Shown: piece after piece, positions 27,102 through 38,400 of the stretch
Numbering within the stretch: the stretch's first letter is position 1
Layout of the letters: every line of letters begins with the position of its first letter
From: Gnetum montanum
Lineage: Eukaryota > Plantae > Gnetophyta
Direction: 5' to 3'
Assembly (NCBI GenBank): GCA_015680685.1
Contig: MNCI01002538.1
Coordinates: forward strand, 152,831 to 216,830
Length of the DNA stretch: 64,000 nt
Notes under the pieces: generated by a model
The model's input: the letters and a program-made list of their open reading frames with translations, nothing else
Told to the model about the DNA's origin: nothing
Database searches by the model: none
Position numbers and translations under genes: made by a program

Positions 27102-27585
27102 ATTAATAAGAAGAATGATAGTTTAAGGTTATCCATTGACTATAGATAATTGAAGGAGGTGAAAGCCAAGAATCAATATTATCTACTTAGGATTGATAAT
27201 TTGTTAAACCAACTAAAAGAAGTTAAGGTGCTTTATAAGATTGATTTCCAATTTTTATATTACCAAGTCAAGATTAAAGAGGAATATGTGCCAAATATAA
27301 CTTTCAAAATATAATATAGACAATATGAGTTTCTAGTCATGTCTTTTGAACTCACTAATATCCCAATAGTTTTCATGCACTTAATAAATAGTGTACTTCA
27401 TTTTTACTTAGACTAGTTTTTTATTGTCTTCATTGATGATATTTGGATTACTCTAAGAATGAATAGGAGCATAAGAAGCATTTGAAGGTAGTGTTATAGA
27501 TTTTAAGAGAACAATAACTATTTTGCATGCTTCTAAATATGCATTTTGGAAGAAATAGATTAAGTTTCGTAGTCATGTCATTAAT
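27102..27585 (+). mobile_element. Chromovirus (Tekay/Del-like) RT remnant
   Basis: Degenerate KKNDSLRLSIDY..LLRIDNLLNQL..YEFLVMSFELTN..FFIVFIDDI. Confidence 0.8.
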
Positions 27586-27789
27586 GTCAAATGTCAAAAG
27601 AAAGAATGATGCTAAACATGAAAGATTAAAATAATGTTGAAGATGTAGACTAGAAACTACATTGTCATTGATGAAGAACATCAAATATAGAACTACTGAA
27701 AAAGACTTGAGCTGGAAAAGCCATAGAGTGTACTTGAAACGCTAACTTATGTAGAAAAAAGCTAAAGTGGATACATAGCTGTAGGAGTC

Positions 27790-28250
27790 TTACGAATGGT
27801 ATCATTGGAGTATCAAGTGATCCCCTCTCTTTCCCATAGTTTTCTAATGAAGCATAGAAATGGAAGCCTTATGAATCAATATCATAGAAATGTGAATAGT
27901 TTGATGGATGCTAAATGTTATCAAAAAACATAAACTACATAATATAGACATTAGAGAAAGACTTGGAGTAGCATCTATCTTTAATAAATTACAAGAATAG
28001 TAGCTTATATGGTTTGGACATGTGAAAAGAAGATAAAAAAATAAGCCTATAAAAAAAGATTACTATATCATTGTTCTAGGAAAGCTATTAAAAAAAAGAT
28101 CAAAGAAGACATGAAGAAAAATAATTGAATATGGTTTGAAAAAATTACAAATAAACAAAGATCTAGCTCTTCATAGATGTGAGTGATAAAAAAACTCATG
28201 TAGTTGATCCCATTTTGTTGGAACAAGGCTAGGATGATGATTACAATGAC
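27790..28250 (+). mobile_element. RTE-clade LINE 3' end remnant
   Basis: NIDIRERLGVASI..L.WFGHVKRR at ~27940-28030. The 3' end GATCCCATTTTGTTGGAACAAGGCT plus a (GAT)n tail resembles plant RTE termini. Confidence 0.75.
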
Positions 28251-29159
28251 GAGAGCATTAACTAATCTAAGATTCATTTTGAAATTTCATCAAACACTTT
28301 GTATGAAACAAAAAATAAAACCTTGATGATTGAATTACATATAAATTCAAAGGAAAATCCATCTAATTCAAGCTCACATGAAATCAGAGACACTTATGCA
28401 CAATCCAATTCAATAAAAATTAACAAAATGGAAAATTTATGGTAAATAATTATCAAAAAAATAACAATGAAGCCCTAGCAAATGTAGCTTATGCAATGCA
28501 CAATCACCATACTTCTTAAAAAGCATAACAACACCTAGAGTAGAAAGACAAAGGACAAAAAAAGTTGATGTATTACCTAAAGAACCAAACTAATAGAGTT
28601 TTTATTCCAATTCTCTTAGATATTAAATGGTAAAGGAGAAACAAAACCAAGGTTTATAGAGGCCTCAATCTAATTAAAAAGTTATGGGATTACATGCCCA
28701 ACTAATGATTCTACTAATCCCACAATGTATTTTACTTTAGCTAAGGGCTAGATAACATGATCATTTAAAATAAAACTGATAATATGCAATGAAATTCAAA
28801 AGCGTAACAACCTTTAAAATAAAATGTTTTTATTAGAACAACCTAACACCACCTGTTACATGTTATGAGTTCAAATCCCCACATAGAAAAACCTACACAT
28901 ATCTCATAACACTAATCTTTAAGCATTTAACCAATCCCATACATGAAATAATAATTATATATAAGCATCACATACACAACTGAGCATATCATCATACTTA
29001 TAATACCTAACAAATTATTTCCCAAGTATGTCTTTTTTCGAACATCATGATACTTAGGTACAAAGCCTAATAGCATTAGTGTACACATGAAATTAAAATC
29101 ATAACCATAATCATACAACTAGTATGACCTTATAATGCATGAATAACAATGAGATGTTA

Positions 29160-29301
29160 CCCTAGTGATAAGATTCTTAATATGCAAGCTTTAAGTCAGG
29201 GGTTTGATTATGGTGGATAATGATAAGTTATAAATCGCTATGTGGACTATATATCTTGGGATGTACCTATGTTTCAATTATTTCAGGTTCTAACACCCCC
29301 C
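29160..29301 (+). repeat. Short dispersed repeat with tRNA-like head (SINE/TRIM-like), copy 1
   Basis: Shares AAGTCA.GGGTTTGAT..GGACTATATATCTTGGG.TGTACCTAT..TTC.AACACC with ~53497-53613 and, reversed, with 55047-55191. Confidence 0.5.
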
Positions 29302-29724
29302 ATAAAATACATGAATATTAAACATATAAACATCCTGCTAGCTAACCTAGAGATTAAACATTATTGATAAGCTATCAAATGTAATCCAAAAATGTATATT
29401 ATCTTTATCACACATAACACATCACCAATCCAAGAAGTTATCATTAACCATCACAAACATCTCAACAAGGGTTAGTTCTCATCTCGAAAATATAACTATA
29501 TGTTTTCTAACTAAACATGCACACCAAAAGCTAAGGCTTCTAAAAGGGAGATGTTACATCCTTCCTTCCTTTTTGGAATGTTTCTCCAAGTAGATCTAAG
29601 AATAAGTGGTACACAAATCTACTTCAAGCTTCCAAGTTTCTTTTTAAGCATCATGTCTTTCTAAAGAACCTTAATTGCCAATATAACCTTATTTTTCAAC
29701 TTCTTTTATGTCGTATCAACTATT

Positions 29725-32423
29725 TGTTGATGTCAACACTCCCATGTTTGCATGGGGCCATGATTATCAACGTTTCTATTTCTCTCCCTTAATAACCATA
29801 GTAAAAATCATGCGAGTAGTAGGCATTTAAACTACCGGGTCGTGGTCATTAATGGTAGCGGTTCCGGTCATTAGTGGCAAACGTTTTGGAAGTTATAGTG
29901 ATTCTAGTCATAAGTGGGCACTTGTGGGAGTTATTACACAAGAAGTGATGGTGGTTTTTGTAGCCGTTACATGAAATGTATGCATCATTATGAATGGCTG
30001 CAGTGGCTATAAAATGGAGTCTAGAGGGAGGCTCTTAGAGGAGGGGGGAGGAGAGTTCCCAAAAATAGGCTCTCGCTATCAGTATGAAAGGGTAGCTTCC
30101 TCTCCACTAAGCTGCAGTTTCCTCTTTTCTTTTCTTTTCTTTATAGGCTTCTAGTTGATCTTTAAGGAGGGTCCAAGGAAAGAGCTAGTAGCTCAAAATC
30201 AAATCCTTGTGGATCTTCTCGGCGACGGTAGGAGCTTGTCACAGTGGTGCAGACATGGGTGAATGATCTTCCTCTCTACCACAGTGCACAAAAGGTGGAA
30301 AACGATAGTAGGCTTTGAGAACTACAGTTGCTACTCTGTGTGGACTATAGTGGGCAATCTCTCTCTTTCTCTTTCTCTTTCTCTCCCTCTCTCGTGGCAA
30401 TCACAGTCTTTCTGCCTAGTAGTGGATACCATCGGCAGTCACGGACTAGCAACGTTAGCGGGACTAAGGAAAATTCAGTTCTTTTAATTACCTATTTGTA
30501 TTGAAGATAATTATATAATTTAAATTCTAGATTTATTTCTAGTTTATTATTTGCAAAAGGCCACGTAGCCATCCTTCTAGCGCCAAAAAGGTATTGATGC
30601 ATAAATTTTGATCACACCAACACCAGGGAAGAAAACTCATTTTAGGAGACTATTTCAATAATGCTTTGATTCTTCCTAGTCTTTTTCAAGGTTTTAGTTT
30701 CTATAGTTATGTTGGATTATGGAGCATGAGATTTGTGCTAACTTATCATGTAATCATCATGATCATGTGAGTGTAGGATCAGTGATGTTGGAGAAGGCTT
30801 ATCCATAATCACTAGGTGACCTTGGAAAACCCCATTTTCCCTCTCATAAGCCCTAGAACTCAAGTGTGATGATCCATAGTTACCCTATGAACAATGGGGT
30901 GAAGAGTGTTCATCTTCACTTGAGAACCTTTAGCCACCCAGGAGACTTGCTATGATGCTATCAACTCACAATTAAAGGCACATACACGAGGGTTGAACTT
31001 CACCATGGGCAAAGTTTCCTCAAAAAGAAAAAAAAAGGAATGAGGACTGTGTTCATTGGTAGTGCAGTTAATTGGCCAAACTCATGTTGGAATTCCTACC
31101 TTAAGAATAAAGTACACCATGGGAAAATTTTCCTAAAAAAAAGTTCCAAGGAAAAATTCGAAAGTTGTGACAAGCCACAATCTAATATGAGCCTGTCCTC
31201 CTCATTAAGTTTAGTATGGGTCTTGTGCTCAAAGTAGTCTGAATGCTATTGGCTTTTACTTTGTAAGAAGACTGGGAAAGAAATGATAATTATATTTTAA
31301 TTATATATAAATATATGTATTTAAAATAAATAATAAATTATATATTTAGAGTTTGATTAAATAAGATGGTGTGGTTTAGGTGGCCCACGTTTAGTTCTCT
31401 TTTGATTATATGGTGATTTTAATCATGTTTAGTTTACTTTCAAGTTTCCATTTGCTTGTTTTGTGATGTTTGTAATTCCCTATCTATTGCATCATTTTAA
31501 AATTTCTGTGGTCTTGTTCCGTGCACTGGCATGCAATTAAAAGTTTGCGGGCTAAGTGTTGATGTCAACACTCCCATGCTCGCATGGGACCATGATTATC
31601 AACGTTTCTATTTCTCTCCCTTAATAACCATAGTAAAAATCATGTGAGTAGTGGGCATTTAAATTGCTACGTGGTGGTCATTAATGGTAGTTGTTACAGT
31701 CATTAGTGGCAAAAATTTTGGAATTTACAGCGATTTTGATCATTAATGATGGTAGTTATGGTCATTAGTAGCAGACGTTTCGGAAGTTACAATGGTTACG
31801 GACATAAGTGGGCACTTAATTGGAGAATGTGGGAGTTATTACACAAGAAGTGGTGGTGGTTTTTGTAGTCGTTACATGAAATGTACACATCATTATAGAT
31901 GGCCATAGTGGCTATAAAATGAAGTCTAGAGGGAGGCTCTTGGAGGAGGGGAGGAGGAGAGTTTCCAAAAATAGGCTCTGGTACAAACGTGGGTGAATAA
32001 TCTTCCTCTCTACGACGGTGCATGAAAGACAACAAACGACAGCAGGCTTTGAGAACTATAGTTGCTACTTTGTGTGGATTGCAGTGGGCAGTCTCTCTCT
32101 TTCTCTTTCTCTCTCTCTCCCTCTCTCATGGCAATCATAGTCTTTCTGCCCAGTAGTGGATACCATCAACAGTCATGGACCAACAACATTAGCGGGCCCA
32201 AGGAAAATTTAGTTCTTTTAACTACCTATTTGTATTGAAGACAATTATATAATTTAAATTCCATATTTATTTCTAGTTTATTATTTGCAAAAGGCCACAT
32301 AGCCCTCTCCAACTGAGACTATTCCCAGGTTTCCATACCCATACGAAAGGCACCCTAGGCAATAGTCTCCTAAAATGAGTTTTCTTCCCCAGTGTTGGTG
32401 TGATAAAAATTTATGCATCAACA
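29725..32423 (+). mobile_element. Internally deleted non-autonomous Tat/Retand-like LTR element (2.7 kb)
   Basis: TGTTGATG...CATCAACA ends with TSD CTATT/CTATC. LTR copies 29725-~30570 and 31557-32423. PPT-like AAAAGTTTGCGGGCTAAG. Tat-type PBS TGGCGCTAGAAGG is present but inverted. Confidence 0.82.
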
Positions 32424-32446
32424 CTATCGTCATTGGTTTCTCCACC

Positions 32447-35400
32447 TGATGAGAGCAGTTACTCTAGCAGTTTATTCTAATTATTAGAGTGGTATTTTTC
32501 TAATTATTAGAGTGGCAGTTTCTCTAAAATTAGAGTAGAAGTTTCTCTAAAATTAGAGTGGTCATTTTTCTAATTATTATAGTAGTTGCTTCCAAGCCTA
32601 TAAATACAGTTCCTAGGCACATAATTTAGGGGGGCAAGTCTTGGGAAGAAGTCTTAGAAGGAAGTCTTTCAAGGAAAGTCTTGGAGGAAATCTTGGAAGG
32701 AAGTCTTTCAAGGGAAGTCTTTTAGGAGTCAAGTAGCGAAACTTTTGTAGTTAGAGTATTTTTCAAGTGCCCATAGTAGGAGGTCTAAGTGTGGATGGAT
32801 CTTCATTCGAGCATTGTGTACCTAAGCAAACCTTATGTACGGCAATAAAGACGAGCTCTTGGATTCATCCTTGCAGCACTTGAGATTTGTTTTCTGACTC
32901 ATTTCCTTCATTTTATTTTCTTTTGCATTTATTTTATTTTATTTTATGCACTTTACATTTTTGTTATTAGCACACATAGTACGATCACTTCGAGCATGCG
33001 TGTAACACTTGGTAACCCAGTAACGATTAGCGTTTGGTAATCCCAGTAGTGTTGCACTGGTTTAAGATGTGTATGGAAAGTGAGAACAAATACTGGTGTT
33101 AGGATTAGTTTAAATCCTAGTTAATTAGTAGTTAAGTTAAATTAGTCACTTGGTTATCTCTCTCTCTCCTCACTTATTAGCAGCAAGACATAAAAAAGGC
33201 TATAAAAATCATATGCCTCAAACTTACTTAACCATATAATTGTGAAATACAAGTAAGTTTGGAAAGACTACGATCAACCAACCCATCGTTATTCTACAAA
33301 GGTGCATAGGCACTTAGTCCTTGGAATTCAATCAGATCATGTGTGAAATGCTTGTATTCGTATGGTTGAGCGTAGGGGTACCTTGCCGCTCATCATTGGC
33401 ACCATTGCCAGGGACTTAGTTGTTTGTGCGCTAAGTAGAACATAGGAAATCATTCACATAGTTGGAATGAACCCTTAGGGTTGATTGAGGAAATAATAAA
33501 CAAGAATACATTGCACACTAAATAGAAAAATATGTCTCCTTCTTTGTACAAAAGCACCTCACCACCTAGGTCTAAAAGAGGAAACAATCGACGACATAAT
33601 ACACATGATGTTGAGTTGCGAGTTTCTCAACAAGTTTGAGTGGTATATATTCATCCTAATGAGTATACACTAGACTTCACCTTTATCCTCCATCAATATG
33701 AACAATTGTGTTAGCAAGACTTAGAAGGTAACATAGTGTTACCTCCCGATCATTCAGTCCCGAGCATGCTTCTTCATGCTCTCACACGAATTGGCATGCT
33801 GCACTTACATGCAAAATACGTTGTGCAAGACCATGAATCAAGAGAATACCATCCCATAGAGGCACAACATCAAAGGAACTTGAAACAGGAGAGACATCAA
33901 AATTCTTTGAAGGGTAAGTGGTCCTTGGATGTCCTAGATGTCTTAAGTGAAAATGAGGGTGGTGAACCTACCTTAGATAGTCAGCCACATAACGATGTTC
34001 CTCCCCTTGACTTTAGCCAATGGGTTTTGTATGAGGACCTTCATTCCACTATTCATAACCCAGGTCTTGATACCCATAGGCACAAAGGGTCCAAAAAAGA
34101 GACATGAACTCATGATAAAGGTAGACATTCTGATTGTAATTACAATCGGGGCTGAGAGTGTAGAAGAGGAGGTAGCAGACATTGTCATGGTGACGGTTCT
34201 TCTTCTTCTTCACCTTCATCATCTCCTTCATCCTCTCCTTCAATATTTGGATGTGGTCATAAATAAAAAGACCATGGGGTTAAAGGTAGGCAAAGTGGAA
34301 GTCATAGACGAAACAGCTAGGAAAGGGGATGAGGGCACTCTAGAGAGTCATGACATAGAATAAGGGAGAGTAGGGAACAACATAGGCATCATAGACGCCA
34401 TGAACGAGATGATCTCGATGAACCCCTACTTGCTACTCAAGGTATGTTCGACATAATTAAGGCTGCTAGAATTCCAACAAGGCACCAAAAAGATAGTAGG
34501 ATCAAGAGAGTAGATATGAACAATATCCTACAATTTGAAGGGGGATACACCGCTGATCCTCAGAATGACTTACATGAATTTCATGATGCGTGTTCCTTAC
34601 AAAATATAGAGAACGAATGACAAAAACTTAGGTTGTTCCCATGGACATTAGTTAAAGAAGCAGAAAGCTGGTATCGGCCCTTAGAATTGGAATCTACTCA
34701 TAGGTGCAGTGCTATGTTAGAATTTTTAATGATAAGTACCAAACGTACTCCTGAGTTTCCAACCTGCGAAAGCAAATCCAACGCTGGAAACAAGGAGGAC
34801 ATGAACCCTTGGATGCTACCATGGGCCAATACTATGCACTATTACATCGTTGTCCTAGCCATGGTTATTCAAAAAGGGATCAACTGCCCCATCTCATAGA
34901 TGGGCTTAGGCATGAAATAAGAAGAACCCTTGGGACTTATGCCCAAGGAAGACTATCTGAGCTTAGGTCCCATCAAATTCAAAGACTATTGGAGCAATTT
35001 GCTAAGGGAGAAGATGAGGTACAGAAGAGAGAAAGTGCAGAAGAGTATAACCAAGATCCTTCCCTCTAGAAGAGGGGAGTAAGATTTTATGAGGATGAAG
35101 AAGAGTCACCACTTGAAGAGATGATGAATAGGAAAACTTTGCCTATCTAAAAGATGACATCAAAATTTTCAACAAAGGTAGACCAAATGTGGAATTCCCT
35201 AGACAATAGATTTCAAACTATTCTTAAAATAGTAGAGGAGTCTAGAGAGCAAGGTAGTAATCGCTAAGAAATAAAAAAGAGAGAAGCTGAACATGCACGA
35301 AACAAGGGTAAGGGCAATGTTGCCATCATTGAAGAGCTTTTGGATTTAGAAATAGACAATGATAGTGGATGTGAGATATGTCAATATGACCATCCTAAGG

Positions 35401-38400
35401 GATGTTGCCCTGTATTCTCACATCTCTAGGAGTCTAAGGTGTATGCACTCAACCCATGATTAAACAAAAGGCAAACACCCCAAAGGCTACCTTATCCTCA
35501 AGGTAACCCAAGGCAATTCCATCAACCCTTAACATATTATCCTATTGGAACTTCACCGCAATAGATTGAGTAATATCAATAGTGGCAGCATCCATAATCA
35601 TGGAGAATGCCACTACCAAGGCAACAGTATCCTTACCAGCAACATGACCCATGTGGATATTATGTGCAGGAGCCAATCTACCCACATGACTCTACTGGTC
35701 ACGTCACTCCTCAACCTCACTACCAAGCCCACGAGTATTATGGGACTTCCTCTTCTAGGGGTGATATTTTGCAAGCATATCATCCTTCTCATCTGGCCAC
35801 ATCTCTTCCACCAATAGCTCCACTACCACCTACTCTTACAATGCAAGGTGAAATCCCTATNGCACTCAATGCATATGATCATGCTAACACATGCCATCAC
35901 CGATTGGATCAAATTTGGCCACCTTCCCAGGAAATTCTCTAATCCTAGGAGTCCTTTGATATACTTACAAATTGCTAGAAATGCACCATGCAAGGTTCTT
36001 TTGGATTTAGGTTCCATTATCAACCTGATTTCTCAAGAAATGTACAAGGCTTGGAACCTGCCTCCATTGAAAAATAGCAACATACATCTAGAGTTGGTAG
36101 ACTAGTCCATCACTATCCCATTGGGATTGGTGGAAGAACATTGTTACCACTGTTTGTGGGTGGTCGTACCTATCTGACTTCCTAGTGATTTAGGTAAACA
36201 ATGGTATGGGGACTTCCCAATCATAATGGAAAGAGCATGGCTAAGCACCATCGATGCATGCCTAGCAATCCGCAATCTTTCCCTAGAAATATCAAAGGAA
36301 AATACATTTAGAAGGATGAAGAAGAAGAAATTTCCGTGCATCACATACAGTGACACAGGGTGTAATTGCATGCAGAGGTCATGATTTGTGCAAAGTTTAA
36401 CATTGCCTGCATCCAATCAGTGTGCATAAGTGATCAACATACAAAGATGCCTATATGTAGTAGCCACATGATAGGAAGAAACCCAGTGGCTAACAACTGA
36501 TCAAGAAAGAAATTTACTCATATGCATGGAACCAATTGAGGGTTTAGCTTGCACTTACATCGATAGTATAGATGCATTAGAGCAAGTCGACTGCTAAGTT
36601 CCAAGTCTTAACCTTGAAAATGTCAACTAGAGGAAGTTGGAAATCCCTATGAAATTTAAGCAGGAGCCCCTCGAGCTAAAATCATTACCCATCGATATGG
36701 AATACACATTCCTTAAAAATGGAAAACCAGTAATTATCAAAGCCAAGCTTGCTTCTCAATAGAAAGAAGAACTACTGAAGGTAATCAATAGATGGTCAAA
36801 AGCCTTCGCTTGGTCATATCCCGAATTAACTAGAATAGATCCTAGGATATGCCAACATAGGATTTACACCTACCCCTTCGTGAAGCCTCGAAGACAACAA
36901 TAGAGGTGTTTAAATCCAAAGTTGAAGCAAGTAGTCAAGGAAGAAATTGAACAACTGCTCAAGGCTGGGTTCATATACCCCATTACTAATAGCGAATGGG
37001 TTAGCCCCTTAGTTATTGTGCCTAAAAAGGGAGGCAAATGGAGGGTATGCATAGATTTCAAGCTACTAAATATGGAAACATTCAAAGATCAATTTCCGTT
37101 ACCATTTGTTGACCAAGTCTTAGACACCATCGCAAGGCATCACTACTACAATTTTTTGGATGGATATAGCAAATATAGTCAAATACAGATAGCCCCAAAA
37201 GATCAAGCCAAGACTACGTTCACCAGTCCTGAGGGAACATTTGCATACAAATAGATGCTATTTGGCTTGTGCAATGCCCCTACAACATTTCAATAACTAG
37301 TTCTAAGCATATTCCAATAGCAGATAGGAAATGGCATGGAGGTCTTTATGGACAACTTCTCCACTTATGGAGTAAGCTTTTATGAAGCCTTGGACCAGTT
37401 ATAGAAAGTGTTAAAAAGATGTGTAGAAACAAATTTGAGGCTCAACTGGCAAAAAAGCCTTTTGATGCTCCAAGAGGTCATAGTGCTAGGGCACAAGTTC
37501 TCATACACAGGAATAGAGGTAGATCTCAAGAAAATCAAAATTATTCAAGGAATCTCCCATCAACTGGAAGCTGTTAAAGATATTCGATCATTCCTTGGAC
37601 ATACTGGCTACTATAGAAGATTTATTGAGAACTCATGATTTGTTCAAAAACAAATCATAAATAGGTTTAGTGTGCCTCATGCACTTATTTTAGACAATGG
37701 TACCCACTTCATAGGTGCAACTTTTTGAAAATTAATGCAACACTTAGGGGTTGAGCATAAATTGACTACACGATACCACCCCCCAAGAAAATGGTCAAGT
37801 AGAAGTCACCAATAGGGAGATTACAAAGATATTGACAAGAACCATTAGCAAGTTTAGGTGAGACTGAAGCACTAAACTGAACAATGCTCTTTGGGCATAT
37901 CGCTCCACATGGAAACTCCCTATAGGCTACTCTTCCTCTGAGTTAGTGTATGGTAAATTACCAAAGCTTCCCATTCAAACTGAGCTCTGTACACTATCCA
38001 TGGCATGTGACCTCAACCTTGACCTTGATTTGGCACAGAAACAATGGTTAGTAACCCTTAACTTGCTAGATGAAAATCAACTAGCTACCTTGTCATCTAA
38101 CGAGTTGCACAAGGCATTCAATAAACAACGTCATGACCTAAGGATTAGGAAAGTTAAATGTCAACCGGGAGATAAGTTTCTCTACTGGAATCCCACACAC
38201 GTGCCACAACGTACTAAATTTCAAACACTGTGGGAAGGATCTTATATTATTTATGCAACTTTTCCTTCAGGAGCCATGATAATATACAAACCTAAGAGGT
38301 CAAAAAAGAAACTTTTTATCAACATACAACAAACCAAACCTTTCCATGAGCTTATAATAGCTAGTACACATGCTATCTTTGTTGATGGACAACCTTGCTC

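Noticed and set aside
29725-32423. DIRS/Ngaro-like split repeats with an internal complementary region
   Set aside because: TG..CA ends, a 5-bp TSD, a PPT and an inverted Tat-type PBS fit an ordinary LTR element with a local inversion. No tyrosine recombinase is visible.
32455-32590. CRISPR-like array
   Set aside because: Head-to-tail 21-bp units with no unique spacers, inside a plant LTR and repeated in the 3' LTR.
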